From NCBI GenBank assembly GCA_043800955.1, contig JAZDMN010000049.1:282-64281 (forward strand): a stretch of 64,000 nucleotides of DNA, read 5' to 3'. Of this stretch, positions 35,625 through 46,013 are shown piece after piece. The stretch comes from Candidatus Micrarchaeota archaeon (GTDB lineage Archaea; Micrarchaeota; Micrarchaeia; Anstonellales; Bilamarchaeaceae). The translations under genes were made by a program, and so were the position numbers. Within the stretch, counting starts at the first letter, position 1, and each line of letters begins with the position of its first letter. The notes under the pieces are model-generated. The model was not told the origin of the DNA and searched no databases. It worked only from the letters and a program-made list of their open reading frames with translations.

Positions 35625-36149
35625 TCATTCGAGGTGGAGCGCGGCACGGCATCCTGGGCAGAAATCCTTTCCCTTTGAATCCACGGCCTCGATGGATTCC
35701 GAGAAGGCCATCACGCAAGAGCTATCTTCGCAGTGCGGAAGGCCGTGCAGGTGCCCAAGCTCATGCATCGCCTCCTTGAGGATGCGTTCCTTGAAAAGCG
35801 CGCCCGCTTTCGGCATGTCCGTGATTTTGCCATAGAAACGGGGGTCGAGCCTGGTCACAGATACGACCGCGGCATTGCCCTTTGCCAGGCCGAATACGAA
35901 ATCATGGGGTTTTGAGAAAATGTCCTCATGGATTATGAATACAATTTTCCAGACAGGGTCGGCCCCCCCTGAAAGCTCCGCAAGAAGGATATCCGCGTCA
36001 TACTGCTTCCTCGAATTCCGATATGCGCGGGTGAATGGGAAATCCTCGAATTGCGCAGATATCTGGCTGTGGAAGGCCCTGGAAAGCGTATCCACCAGGG
36101 TGTTGAAGCCGGGGACCGTGCGGCCGGCGATAATCAATGATATCGGCAT
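35625..36149 (-). CDS. amzA: archaemetzincin
   Basis: HELGHLHGLPHC zinc motif plus CPGC second site. Confidence 0.8.
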   Translation of the reverse strand: MPISLIIAGRTVPGFNTLVDTLSRAFHSQISAQFEDFPFTRAYRNSRKQYDADILLAELSGGADPVWKIVFIIHEDIFSKPHDFVFGLAKGNAAVVSVTRLDPRFYGKITDMPKAGALFKERILKEAMHELGHLHGLPHCEDSSCVMAFSESIEAVDSKGKDFCPGCRAALHLE

Positions 36150-36210
36150 GGATGTGATTAGGGATAGGATAAAAATAAAAAATAGGCCGGGCTCGGAAAC
36201 TGCCCGGATT

Positions 36211-37581
36211 TCAGACGTTGAAGTACTTCAGGAGCTCGTGCCCGCTGATGCCCTTCATGGATTCCTTGTGCTGCCTCAGCTTGAGGTCAAGGTAGTCCGC
36301 AAGGAGCTCTGTCGGTACGACGCCCTTGAGGAACGCAGTATCGCTCTGCAGCGCGGCCGCGGCATCGAATAGGCTTCCTGGAAGCTCTTTAACAGTCCTC
36401 TTCTTGGTGCCCGTTTCCTCGGTCGGGTCCCCTGGCTCGGTCTTCTTCTTGACCCCGTCAAGGCCCGCCGCGGCCATGAGGGCCTGTGCAAGGTACGGGT
36501 TGGCCGCTGGGTCAGCCCCGCGGTAGACGATTCTTTTCGTCTCCTTGATGTTCTTCTTGTAGCTCGGGACGCGAACCAGGGCATCCTTGTCCAATGCGCT
36601 CCATCCGACCTTGAAGCCTTCCATCGCAAGCCGGCGATATGAGTTCGGTGTCGGCGCAGTGAAAAGCGAAAGGGCCGATGAGTGCTCAAGAATGCCGCCG
36701 ATGAAGTACCGGCCGGTCTGGCTGAGCTGCCCGTAGGCCTCCTTGCCCTCGTAGAACAGGTTCTGCTCACTGGTCTTCCAGAGGCTGATGGCGATGTTGA
36801 ACGAGTTGCCCCGCTCGCCCTCAATCGGGTATGGCATGAACGTCGCAGCCGCGTTGACCGCGGTGGCAAGGTTCTTGGTGATGAATTTCAGCGTGTTGAC
36901 CGCGTCACCTGCCGCCTTGAGGCTCCTTGACGAGAGCTCGAACGTCTGCTGGGACGTGGGGGCACGACCGTGGCGGTGCGAATCGACGAGGACGCCGAAG
37001 CTGTCCTCGAGCGTCTCGGAAATCTGCGTCCTTGCCGAGTACATCGAGTCGTACGGCGTCGCCGCGTAGGCGCCCGTCTTCTCGTTCGAGAGCGGGGATG
37101 GACCCCACCTTGCCTCGCGCGAGTCCATGAGGAGACCTGTCCCCCTGCCCTTGGTCATCTTGTCGGCTGTCGCGGTGTCCAGGAGGTAGCATTCGACCTC
37201 GCTCCCTACCAGGGAGCTCTTTATGCCTGCAGCACTGAGGTTGGTTTCCATCCTCTCAGCAACATAGCGCGGGTCTTTGAGGAACCTTTCCTTCTTCACC
37301 GCGACGACGACATCGCAGATGAGCCTGACCGTCGCAGGTTCCCAGGGGAGCCTGGCAAGCGTGTCTGGGTCCGGGAGCAGGACCAAATCGCCCTGGTCCG
37401 AGTTTCCGTAGACCTCAGAGAGGTCCGCTGCGTGGATTCCGTTGCCGAAAGTCGCTTCCTCGAGCTTCCGGTTTGAAACGCTGATTCTATGCATCTGGCC
37501 CTTGATATCGAAGAACTGTAAGTCAATCCACCTAATCTCATTTGTAGCGATATATTTCATCACATCGTCTATAGCAGACAA
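36211..37581 (-). CDS. glnA: glutamine synthetase
   Basis: 456 aa, N-terminal beta-grasp WIDLQFFDIKGQMH, catalytic domain motifs. Confidence 0.8.
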   Translation of the reverse strand: MSAIDDVMKYIATNEIRWIDLQFFDIKGQMHRISVSNRKLEEATFGNGIHAADLSEVYGNSDQGDLVLLPDPDTLARLPWEPATVRLICDVVVAVKKERFLKDPRYVAERMETNLSAAGIKSSLVGSEVECYLLDTATADKMTKGRGTGLLMDSREARWGPSPLSNEKTGAYAATPYDSMYSARTQISETLEDSFGVLVDSHRHGRAPTSQQTFELSSRSLKAAGDAVNTLKFITKNLATAVNAAATFMPYPIEGERGNSFNIAISLWKTSEQNLFYEGKEAYGQLSQTGRYFIGGILEHSSALSLFTAPTPNSYRRLAMEGFKVGWSALDKDALVRVPSYKKNIKETKRIVYRGADPAANPYLAQALMAAAGLDGVKKKTEPGDPTEETGTKKRTVKELPGSLFDAAAALQSDTAFLKGVVPTELLADYLDLKLRQHKESMKGISGHELLKYFNV

Positions 37582-37659
37582 AAGACCACCGGATAAGTTT
37601 AGCGTTATATAAGAATAAATAGGTTTCGAAAAGCTACCTCGAAGAGCGAAAAACCCATC

Positions 37660-39063
37660 TTATCCGCAGTGGAGGTCCTCGTCTTTCCGCTCCTTGGCCA
37701 TTTGACGCGCCAGCGGCGTGATGTAATCCTCGTTGAGGCAGCCGGTGCATATGGGCAGGCCTATTGCGCGGCGCAGGCCTTCGAGCGACAGGTAGCCGAG
37801 GCTGTCGACCCCGAGGAACTTCGCGACCTCATCCTCGCTTTTCCGATTCGCAATCAGCTCCCGGTAGGATTTCATATCCACCCCGTAGAAACAGGGGGCG
37901 CGAAGGGGAGGGCAGGTTATCCTGACGTGGACCTCTTTGGCCCCTGCGCCCCGGACAAGCGCCACGATTTCCTTGAGCGTGGTGCCGCGGACGATGCTGT
38001 CATCGATAAGGACGACCGATTTTCCGCCAACAAGCCCGGAGACCGGATTGATTTTCAGCCTGACATTGTCGCTCCGCTTCTCCTGGTTTGCCATGATGAA
38101 CGTCCGGCCGATGTAGCGGTTCTTTATCAGGCCTTCCTCGACGGGTATGTTTAGGGATTTCGCATACGCTTCGGCTGCGGTCCTGGACGTGTCCGGCACC
38201 GCCACCACAAGGTCGGCTTTGGCCGGATGCTCCTTTGCAAGCATTTGCCCCAGGCGTTTGCGCACCTCATAAACGGCCTTGCCATTGATTATCGAGTCGG
38301 GCCTAGAGAAGTACACGTATTCGAACATGCAGTGCCTCGGCTCTTTTTTGAGGAGGCTTTTACGCTCCATCTTCTGATTGAGGATTATCAGCTCGCCCCC
38401 TTCGACTACGCCCTTGTACGGGATGCCGTTGACATCGAGCGCGCAGCTTTCGCTCGCAAAGGAGATGAAGCGCTCGTTCTCGCCCCAGACCAAAGGTCTT
38501 ATCGCATGCGGGTCCCGGAAGACCGCGAGCGACTTCCTGATGATGGCGACATCCGAATAGGCGCCATCGAGCGTCGCGATAACATGGCGGACCGCATCCT
38601 CGATAGTCGCGCCGGTTTTGAGTTTCGAGTCCAAGAGGAATGCAATCGGCTCTGAATCCACGGTTCCATTGAATTTGTATCCGGCTTTCTCCAATGCCTC
38701 GCGGACCGCGTCATAGTTGGCCAGGTGGCCGTTATGGGCAACAGAGATGTCCCCGATGAGCGAGGGCTGGACGTCCTGTATAAGGCATCGCCCGGTTGTG
38801 GGATACCTCGTATGGCCGATTCCCATATGTCCCTCAAGGCCCATATCTGCAGACGTGAAGATATCCGTCACCAATCCGAGGCCGTGGCGGGCCACAAGGC
38901 CGCCCTTCCCCAGGACTACGAATCCTGCCGCGTCCTGGCCGCGGTGCTGGAGTGCGACAAGCGCGCGGTAAAGGTAAGGCGCGACGTCCTCGCCCTTTTT
39001 CGAGACGACGGCGATGACTCCGCACTCCTCGTGCTTCTCGGAATCCGGTGAGAATGAGACCAT
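37660..39063 (-). CDS. purF: amidophosphoribosyltransferase
   Basis: Propeptide then catalytic CGVIAV (Ntn glutaminase), PRTase domain, C-terminal Cys cluster. Confidence 0.85.
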   Translation of the reverse strand: MVSFSPDSEKHEECGVIAVVSKKGEDVAPYLYRALVALQHRGQDAAGFVVLGKGGLVARHGLGLVTDIFTSADMGLEGHMGIGHTRYPTTGRCLIQDVQPSLIGDISVAHNGHLANYDAVREALEKAGYKFNGTVDSEPIAFLLDSKLKTGATIEDAVRHVIATLDGAYSDVAIIRKSLAVFRDPHAIRPLVWGENERFISFASESCALDVNGIPYKGVVEGGELIILNQKMERKSLLKKEPRHCMFEYVYFSRPDSIINGKAVYEVRKRLGQMLAKEHPAKADLVVAVPDTSRTAAEAYAKSLNIPVEEGLIKNRYIGRTFIMANQEKRSDNVRLKINPVSGLVGGKSVVLIDDSIVRGTTLKEIVALVRGAGAKEVHVRITCPPLRAPCFYGVDMKSYRELIANRKSEDEVAKFLGVDSLGYLSLEGLRRAIGLPICTGCLNEDYITPLARQMAKERKDEDLHCG

Positions 39064-39096
39064 ACATGCTAGTGGCAGCGCAAATTTAAATCCGTT

Positions 39097-40455
39097 TTGG
39101 GCATAGTGGGATTGATGTTCGGAACATCGGGCATACGTGGCGTCTACGGGCAGGATATCACCCCAGCCCTCGCTTCAAGGATAGCCTCAATATTCTGCGG
39201 CAAACGGCTCGTTGTTGGGCGCGACATCCGGGAAAGCGGCCCCACCCTATTTGAAGCGGTTTGCCAGGGCGCATTCGCAGCCGGGGCCACGGTGATTGAC
39301 CTTGGCATCGTACCGACCCCGACAGTTGCGCTAGCGACCAAGAAGCACGCGTGCCGGGGCATCATGCTGACCGCCTCGCACAACCCGCCGGAGTACAACG
39401 GGCTGAAGCTGATAGAGGGGGGTAAGGAGATTGGGAAGGAGCTGGAGAAGGATATAACAAGGAGATACAAGGCGGGCGAAGGTGTGAGCCTGGCAAGCGA
39501 ACAGGGCGGCCCAGATATCCACGGCGCTCTCGTCCATGATTGGGAGATAGTAGAGGACCACAAGAAAGCGATAGTTGGAATGGTCGATAGAAGGGCGATA
39601 GAAAAGAGGAAGCCGAAAATCATCGTGGACTGCAACGGTGCGGCATCATCTATTACACCCTATCTCCTTAGCGACCTCGGGGCGAAGGTCGTCAGCGTCA
39701 ACGCATCGCTAAGCTGCTTCAACCGGGCCTCGGAGCCGAGTGCCGGCAATCTTTCCTACCTTCCTTCGCTTATCCTAGATACCGGAGCGGATTTCGCGAT
39801 TGCGCATGACGGCGATGGAGACAGGTGCATGATAATCGATGAGCGCGGGGAGGCGCTTCCGCTGGATGCGCAGCTTGCCATCATGATTGAGCACGAATTG
39901 GAGTGTGTGGGCTCGCAGAACCGAAATATCGTTTCCACGGTTGAGTCATCTCTTGCGATACGGGATGTCGTGGAAAAGGCAGGCGGAAAGATAACCATTA
40001 CGCCGGTCGGGAGCACCCATGTGGGGGACGCGCTTGAGGAACGCAAGGCTCTATTCGGCGGCGAACCGTGCGGCGAGTACATCTACCGCGACGGTGTGCA
40101 TGTCCCGGATGCCATATTGGCCGCGGCGAAATTCACGGAGATTTTCTGCAAGAAAGGGGCGTTCTCGAAACTCAAAACCAAATATCCGCAGAGTCCGATG
40201 GCTCGGGAGAAGTTCCAGGCGAAGGACAAGCACAAGGCCATGGCGGGGATTATCCCGCAAGTGCGCAGTCTTGGCATCGATGGAATCTTTAGAACCGATG
40301 ACGGAATCCGCATTGACGAGCCCGACGGCTGGTTCCTGATAAGGGCATCTGGCACAGAACCGATTGTGCGCCTGACGATGGAGTATAAGACGGAAAAAAG
40401 GCTCCTAGGGCGGAAGAAGGACTTGGCCGCGATTATCTCCAGGAATTGCGTTTAG
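39097..40455 (+). CDS. glmM: phosphoglucosamine mutase / phosphomannomutase family
   Basis: FGTSGIRG, active-site TASHNPPEYNG, Mg site DGDGDR. Confidence 0.8.
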   Translation: MGIVGLMFGTSGIRGVYGQDITPALASRIASIFCGKRLVVGRDIRESGPTLFEAVCQGAFAAGATVIDLGIVPTPTVALATKKHACRGIMLTASHNPPEYNGLKLIEGGKEIGKELEKDITRRYKAGEGVSLASEQGGPDIHGALVHDWEIVEDHKKAIVGMVDRRAIEKRKPKIIVDCNGAASSITPYLLSDLGAKVVSVNASLSCFNRASEPSAGNLSYLPSLILDTGADFAIAHDGDGDRCMIIDERGEALPLDAQLAIMIEHELECVGSQNRNIVSTVESSLAIRDVVEKAGGKITITPVGSTHVGDALEERKALFGGEPCGEYIYRDGVHVPDAILAAAKFTEIFCKKGAFSKLKTKYPQSPMAREKFQAKDKHKAMAGIIPQVRSLGIDGIFRTDDGIRIDEPDGWFLIRASGTEPIVRLTMEYKTEKRLLGRKKDLAAIISRNCV

Positions 40456-40889
40456 GCCCCGGATTTTGACAATCTCTTTAGCGCAATCATGGCCGCGTCT
40501 TTTTTCTCGTACGGCACAAGGATATGGTCATGATGGTACGCCGAATACGCGTTCACGCTTATCCCTTCGGCTGCAAGCGCAGCGGCGATTTTCGCCAAAA
40601 ACCCAACCGCCATGAGGTCCGAGTCCACGCCGAGCGTGATAAGGGCGAACGGCCCGATTAGTTCGCCATCGCACAGTTCAGCGACCTCGGCCTTGATATC
40701 CTCGGAAAGCACTACAGACAACCCTTCGGCCTCCCTGAATATGGCAAGGACGTAATCCAGATAGTTTGCAAGAGCCATGAGCTGTGATTCGTCTAGTGAT
40801 GCCATATAGTATTTTCCCGGAATATGCGTGGGCTCCATGCCTGCAAGAAGGCTTCTTAGGTCCGACAATGTTTTCTTGGGCTTTCCCAT
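40452..40889 (-). CDS. ACT-domain protein
   Basis: 145 aa, ALITLGVDSDLMAVGFLAKIAAALAAEGISVN ACT-like fold pattern. Confidence 0.45.
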   Translation of the reverse strand: MGKPKKTLSDLRSLLAGMEPTHIPGKYYMASLDESQLMALANYLDYVLAIFREAEGLSVVLSEDIKAEVAELCDGELIGPFALITLGVDSDLMAVGFLAKIAAALAAEGISVNAYSAYHHDHILVPYEKKDAAMIALKRLSKSGA

Positions 40890-40895
40890 GAATGG

Positions 40896-41465
40896 GTGCT
40901 AAGAGACCAAGGCTTAAAATCCCAGCCTGGAAAACACATGCGAACATGCGGTGCATCCATGAAACCCGAGGCATACCAAAGGCAGCTGATATTGTACCTG
41001 AACAACAAGGCGTTCGAGCAGGCCTATGACTTTGCGAAGCAATACGTCGGCGAGCATCCTGACGACATGGTCGCACATTTCCTTCTTTCAAAAGCAGCGC
41101 TCTGGCAGGGGAAATACGAGGAAACCGTGCTCGAGGCGCGAAAAGCGTTCAACCTGGCGCGGAACGAGGCTGACATGGTCATGTGCGCCATCCACGCGTG
41201 CATCGCGTACTACCGGCTCCAGCAGTACGACAAGGGCTTCGAGCTTTTACAGGCACTCGACCGGATAAGGACGTGCGAGGAGACGGAACAACTCGCATTC
41301 CTGTTCAGCCTGGCGGTCGGCAACGATGTCGAGGCCAGGAAGCACTTCAATGCAATGATGACCATCGACAGCGATGCGGCGATGGGGTTCTTGAAAGAGA
41401 TTTCCGAAGGCGCGAATTTCGATTATGACAAGCTGTTCAGGAAGACCGATAGGTTCTCATATTGA
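40896..41465 (+). CDS. TPR-repeat protein
   Basis: Degenerate 34-residue helical repeats with W/Y/A pattern. Confidence 0.45.
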   Translation: MLRDQGLKSQPGKHMRTCGASMKPEAYQRQLILYLNNKAFEQAYDFAKQYVGEHPDDMVAHFLLSKAALWQGKYEETVLEARKAFNLARNEADMVMCAIHACIAYYRLQQYDKGFELLQALDRIRTCEETEQLAFLFSLAVGNDVEARKHFNAMMTIDSDAAMGFLKEISEGANFDYDKLFRKTDRFSY

Positions 41466-41477
41466 GGCCGCGGTTGC

Positions 41478-41708
41478 CTATTTCTTTCCCAGCATCCGCC
41501 CGAAAAAGCCCTTCACCGCGCCGCCGATGCTTCCCTTCATGTCCCTTAGCATACCTTTGATTTCCGGCTTGCCGAGCATGTCCCCCTTGCTCATGCCCCT
41601 AGGGCCTAGGCTCGCTTCCAGCTTTGACTCCTGCTTCTGGGTCTGCTCGGTCGTCAGTTCCTCTTTCGGGCCTCCGCCTTTGAGTGCTGGTTGTCCCATG
41701 CCAATCAC
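41478..41708 (-). CDS. small Gly/Lys-rich hypothetical protein, co-transcribed after translin-like gene
   Basis: 76 aa, start abuts stop of upstream gene. Confidence 0.35.
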   Translation of the reverse strand: MIGMGQPALKGGGPKEELTTEQTQKQESKLEASLGPRGMSKGDMLGKPEIKGMLRDMKGSIGGAVKGFFGRMLGKK

Positions 41709-42260
41709 CTAGAGAAGCTCTCCCCGCGCCTGCTCTATCTGGTGGCGTGCCGAATCCTGCTTTTTCCGGAATTCCGGGAGCACCGAATTCGAGAAGCGCA
41801 GCGGAAGGAGCTCGTCGTAAACCTCCTCCATCATCTTGAAGTAGAATTCCGCCTCGTGCTTGTTGCCGCGCCGGAGCGACTCGTACATCTCGCGCTTGAA
41901 CTCGCCGATGGCGTCAAGAAGCCCAAGGAGGTACGGGATTTCCGGGACCTTGAGTTTCGCATAGCTCGGGATTTTCTTCGATTCGATTGCTGAAAGCACG
42001 ATTTGGGCTTCCGCATACTCCTGATAGATGTGGGCGAGCTGGCCGGGGAAGTCCTCGGCATACGGGGCCAGGCCCTTTAGGGCGTCTTCGGCTTCCTTGA
42101 GGTGGGCTTTCGCCGTCTTCATGTCATATGCGTGCATGGCCTTGATTGCGTTCGAGCATGAGCGCACGACCTTGCGGTTCTCGGCCAGGACGATATCGAG
42201 CTTCTTTTCCTTCTCTGAAAGCATCTTCGTGATGCGGTTGATGCCCAAATCGAGTGCCAT
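41709..42260 (-). CDS. translin-family protein
   Basis: About 185 aa all-helical, blocks resembling archaeal translin; family assignment tentative. Confidence 0.45.
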   Translation of the reverse strand: MALDLGINRITKMLSEKEKKLDIVLAENRKVVRSCSNAIKAMHAYDMKTAKAHLKEAEDALKGLAPYAEDFPGQLAHIYQEYAEAQIVLSAIESKKIPSYAKLKVPEIPYLLGLLDAIGEFKREMYESLRRGNKHEAEFYFKMMEEVYDELLPLRFSNSVLPEFRKKQDSARHQIEQARGELL

Positions 42261-42313
42261 GGAGATGCTTTGTGCCGGGAGGATTAAATAGCTAACCTGG
42301 GCATGATGGAGCC

Positions 42314-43093
42314 ATGGCATTGGAAGATATTCTCGGTTTGTGCTTATTGCCGCTGGTTTTCATTTTCGGTTTCATGGCCCTCGGTTCGATACGGGTGCTT
42401 TACCAGTACCAGAAAGGCATCCTTTTCCAGCTCGGAAAATACGTCAGGACCGTGGAGCCTGGTGTGACCATTGTCTTGCCCATGCTGCAGGAATTGCGCG
42501 TGGTCGACATGAGAATCACCACGGCCGACATCCCCAAGCAGGAAGTGATTACCAAGGACAACATCCCGGTGCTTGTCAATACGGTCGTATACTACAAGGT
42601 CGAGAAGCCTGATGCTGCGGTCCTCAAGATACAGAACTTCGACTTCGCGGTTAGGCAGTACACGCAGGCCGCACTCCGCGATGTCGTTGGCAACAGCGAG
42701 CTCGATTTCGTGCTTACGGAAAGGGAGAAAGTCGCCCAGGGGATAAAGAAAATAGTCGATGCGGAGACTTCCGAGTGGGGCGTCGACATATCCGCGATAA
42801 AGATACAGGAAATCGAGCTTCCGGCTGAGATGAAGAGGGCGATGGCCAAGCAGGCCGAGGCCGAGAGGGAGCGCAGGGCGGTCGTTATTTCCTCTGAAGG
42901 AGAGCTCCAGGCGTCGCTAAACCTCATGAGGGCGGCCGAGAACCTGGCAAAATCAGATGGGGCGCTGCATCTAAGGACGCTCCAGACCATCCGGGATATA
43001 GCCGCTGACCCGTCCGAGAAGATTGTGCTGTTCCTGCCCAGCGACTACGGCCGGATTGTCTCGGGCTTGTTATCGAAAAAGAAGGAGAGCTGA
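42314..43093 (+). CDS. SPFH/band-7 (stomatin-like, slipin) membrane protein
   Basis: N-terminal TM then SPFH core NTVVYYKV ... QAEAERERRA. Confidence 0.8.
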   Translation: MALEDILGLCLLPLVFIFGFMALGSIRVLYQYQKGILFQLGKYVRTVEPGVTIVLPMLQELRVVDMRITTADIPKQEVITKDNIPVLVNTVVYYKVEKPDAAVLKIQNFDFAVRQYTQAALRDVVGNSELDFVLTEREKVAQGIKKIVDAETSEWGVDISAIKIQEIELPAEMKRAMAKQAEAERERRAVVISSEGELQASLNLMRAAENLAKSDGALHLRTLQTIRDIAADPSEKIVLFLPSDYGRIVSGLLSKKKES

Positions 43094-43761
43094 TGGAACT
43101 CTTAAGGAAGAGCAGGTATCTCCAGCTCGCATTCAACGGCGATTCTTCTGAAGTGGCGAGGCTGCTTCCCCGCATTCCGCGCGACCCGCGCATAATCATA
43201 GAGGCAGGGACACCGTACATCAAGCGCGAGGGCGACCGGGCGATAAAATATGTCCGCAGCCTCTGGGACGGGTATGTTGTGGCCGACATCAAGACGATGG
43301 ACGGGGCGGCAGAGGAGGTCGCTGAGGCCGCGGAAGCCGGAGCCAACGGGGCTACGGTCCTTGGGTCTGCGCCCACGGAAACGCTCGACCTCTTCATAAG
43401 TTCCTGCACGGATTCCGGCATGGACGCATTCATAGACATGATAGGCGTCGAGGACCCGCTTAGGGTTCTCATGAGGCTGAAGAAGCCGCCGCGCGTAATC
43501 GTGCTCCACCGCGGGAGGGATGAGGAGAGCACGCGCGACAAGGTCATCAAGTACGCCCATATAAAGCGCGTCCGGAGCAAGTTCGACGTCCTGGTTTCTG
43601 CCGCAGGGGGCATCGACCTCCGGCAGGCCCAGAGCGCATCATTCAACGGCGCGAACATCGTCACGGTGAACATCGTGAAGCCCGACGACCCTTTTGAAGG
43701 CATATCGAGCGACGACCGCATCGAGAAGCTGGCCGTGGATTTCCTCAACGGCATCGACTGA
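43093..43761 (+). CDS. hps: 3-hexulose-6-phosphate synthase-like (OMP decarboxylase suprafamily)
   Basis: LQLAFNG, IIEAGTPYIK, VADIKTMD ... ATVLGSAP parallel HPS/KGPDC motifs. Confidence 0.6.
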   Translation: MELLRKSRYLQLAFNGDSSEVARLLPRIPRDPRIIIEAGTPYIKREGDRAIKYVRSLWDGYVVADIKTMDGAAEEVAEAAEAGANGATVLGSAPTETLDLFISSCTDSGMDAFIDMIGVEDPLRVLMRLKKPPRVIVLHRGRDEESTRDKVIKYAHIKRVRSKFDVLVSAAGGIDLRQAQSASFNGANIVTVNIVKPDDPFEGISSDDRIEKLAVDFLNGID

Positions 43762-43794
43762 GCGCTTCGCTGATTTTTTAAAACTAGCCTGATA

Positions 43795-44490
43795 TTGCCA
43801 TGCATGCACGTCGTACTCTCAATAGGCGGAAGCTCGATAATCCCTGATGGAAAGGCGGACCTCGCGTTCCTACGCTCGCTTTCGGCGCTGATTAAGAAGA
43901 GCAAGAACAGCTTCGGAATACTCTGCGGCGGCGGAACAATTGCGCGACTTTATGCAAATGCCGTACGCGAGCTCGGGGCCGGCGAATACGAGGCTGATTC
44001 CATAGCAATCCGTTCGACCAGGCAGAATGCCGCCCTTCTCATTGCCGCGCTCAAATCTTCTGGAATCGACGTGCATGGACGGGTCATCGACGATTTCGAG
44101 TTCGCGAAGGAGCCTGCGCGGGAGAACAAGGTGGTGGTCATGGGCGGGACGATTCCGGGTATAACCACAGATACCGATTCGGTGCTGCTTGCAGAGGCAA
44201 TCGGTGCGAAAAGGCTTGTGAACGTAAGCAACGTGGATGCCATATACGACTCCGACCCCAGGAAAAACCCCAATGCGAAAAAATACGTGAAGATGGGCTA
44301 TGAGGAGCTGATAGTGCTTGCAAGCCAGAGCGACAAGAGGATGGCCGGGACCAATTTCGTCTTCGACCTGCTCGCCTGCAAGCTTATCGCCCGCTCGAAA
44401 ATCGAGACGCATTTCGTGTCCTATAAGAGGATGAATGATTTGGAGGCCGCGGTAGAGGGGAAGAAACACGGCGGCACGGTAGTCTATTGA
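43795..44490 (+). CDS. pyrH: UMP kinase (archaeal type)
   Basis: VVLSIGGSSI...ILCGGG amino-acid kinase fold, archaeal PyrH length. Confidence 0.8.
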   Translation: MPCMHVVLSIGGSSIIPDGKADLAFLRSLSALIKKSKNSFGILCGGGTIARLYANAVRELGAGEYEADSIAIRSTRQNAALLIAALKSSGIDVHGRVIDDFEFAKEPARENKVVVMGGTIPGITTDTDSVLLAEAIGAKRLVNVSNVDAIYDSDPRKNPNAKKYVKMGYEELIVLASQSDKRMAGTNFVFDLLACKLIARSKIETHFVSYKRMNDLEAAVEGKKHGGTVVY

Positions 44491-44544
44491 GTATCGGGAT
44501 TGGAAAAAGGGCGATTGCCGGAAAAAGGAACCGGCATTGAAAAA

Positions 44545-45267
44545 TCAGGACGAGGAGGATTTGAGGTATTTCCCGACTTCCTTGTCCGGCAGGCTGATTA
44601 CCTTCTTGTTCTTGAGATTGGCGAAGGATATCTCCACGTTCTCCTGCATGAGCTTCTCATCCTGGGTCTTGCGCAGCGACTCCACGCAGAGCCGGATGGC
44701 ATCATCAAGAGGCATCTTCTCGTCGTACTTGGATTCGAGGTACTCGTCGACCTCCTTCTTGTTGGCACCGATTGCATCAGCCCTGTACGCGGTCATTGCT
44801 CCCGAGGGCTCGGCCTCGAAGAGCTTCGGGCCCTGGGCATCCACGCCCGCAATCAGGAGGGAGACGCCGAATGGGCGGATTCCGCCGTACTGGGTGTAGA
44901 CCTGCATCAGGTCGCAGACGCTCCTTGCAATGGAATCCACGCTCGGGGGCTCGTTGTAGGTTATCCTGTGCCTCTGCGAATCCACCCTCGCAATTTCGAC
45001 TAGGCGCCTTGCATCTGCAATCAGACCGCTTGCGGTGACGCAGATGTGCGAATCGACCTCGAAAATCTTCTTGAGGGATTCTGGGACGACGAGCTTGGAG
45101 TGGATGGACTTGAATGCGACGAGGGCGACGCCTTCCTTGCACGTTATGCCGATTGCCGTTGCGCCCCTTTTGACCGCCTCTTTGGCGTATTCGACCTGGA
45201 ACAATCTGCCATCTGGGCTGAAAACCGTGATAGCTCTATCATAAGCCTGCGGGGAAACTCCGTACAT
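44545..45267 (-). CDS. psmA: proteasome subunit alpha
   Basis: YDRAITVFSPDGRLFQVEYA alpha-subunit N-terminal signature. Confidence 0.85.
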   Translation of the reverse strand: MYGVSPQAYDRAITVFSPDGRLFQVEYAKEAVKRGATAIGITCKEGVALVAFKSIHSKLVVPESLKKIFEVDSHICVTASGLIADARRLVEIARVDSQRHRITYNEPPSVDSIARSVCDLMQVYTQYGGIRPFGVSLLIAGVDAQGPKLFEAEPSGAMTAYRADAIGANKKEVDEYLESKYDEKMPLDDAIRLCVESLRKTQDEKLMQENVEISFANLKNKKVISLPDKEVGKYLKSSSS

Positions 45268-45346
45268 TAAGATTCACCTCAAAACTGGTAGGTTGTATGC
45301 GTCTTTGCTATTTAAATGCGTTGCTTTTGGAGACGGTAGTGCGACG

Positions 45347-45979
45347 TTACTTCCTGCTATCGGCATCAGATGCCCAGCCCAGGTATTTCCCGCGCTTCTT
45401 ACCTGTGGCATAGGCCTCGCAGTTCACGCAGGAATCGTCCGCCATCCGCCTTTCGTTAATCGGCTTTGACCCTGAAAACGGGTCCGGGGGCAGGTTCTCC
45501 GGGTCGGCCCCTATTGTGCGGAAGAGAATCCTCGTACTTTCGCTGTCGATTGGCTTTTTCGGCCTCTCGATGACAACCCGGATGCGGGTGCCGCCCTTGC
45601 CGGGCTTGGCAGATACGATTTCCCACCGGTCCTGCTCGTAGAGGAGGCAGGGCTTGCAGAGAGCCTTGCCGCGCAGGATGAATGCCATTCCAGGGAGCGC
45701 CCCGCCGCAGCGCTCACACCTCTCGTCGAAGCGGATGGGAGCGAGAATGCGCTCCTTTTTCAACCGCATCTGGAACGATTCCACATCCGCGGACTCCGGG
45801 GAGCCGCTGCAGAATGGACACGCGTAGATTGCGTCGCCGCAGCGGCGTATGTGGCATTTAACGCAGTCGACGCACTTCGGCGCCGCTGACTGGAGCAGGC
45901 AGTCCTGGCAGTATTGCCCGCCATCCGGGCCTGCAAGAAGCTCGGCCTCGCGGCCGCAGCGCACGCAGAAAGAGCTCAT
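45347..45979 (-). CDS. multi zinc-ribbon protein, possibly NMD3-like
   Basis: Five or more CxxC pairs in first 100 aa, then OB-like region. Confidence 0.4.
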   Translation of the reverse strand: MSSFCVRCGREAELLAGPDGGQYCQDCLLQSAAPKCVDCVKCHIRRCGDAIYACPFCSGSPESADVESFQMRLKKERILAPIRFDERCERCGGALPGMAFILRGKALCKPCLLYEQDRWEIVSAKPGKGGTRIRVVIERPKKPIDSESTRILFRTIGADPENLPPDPFSGSKPINERRMADDSCVNCEAYATGKKRGKYLGWASDADSRK

Positions 45980-46013
45980 GATATGATTATGTTGCGAAGG
46001 TAATATACACGGG

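Noticed and set aside
36276-36869. 197-aa Arg/Ser/Thr-rich ORF inside glnA
   Set aside because: It is an alternate frame of the glutamine synthetase gene, with typical high-GC antisense or shifted-frame composition.
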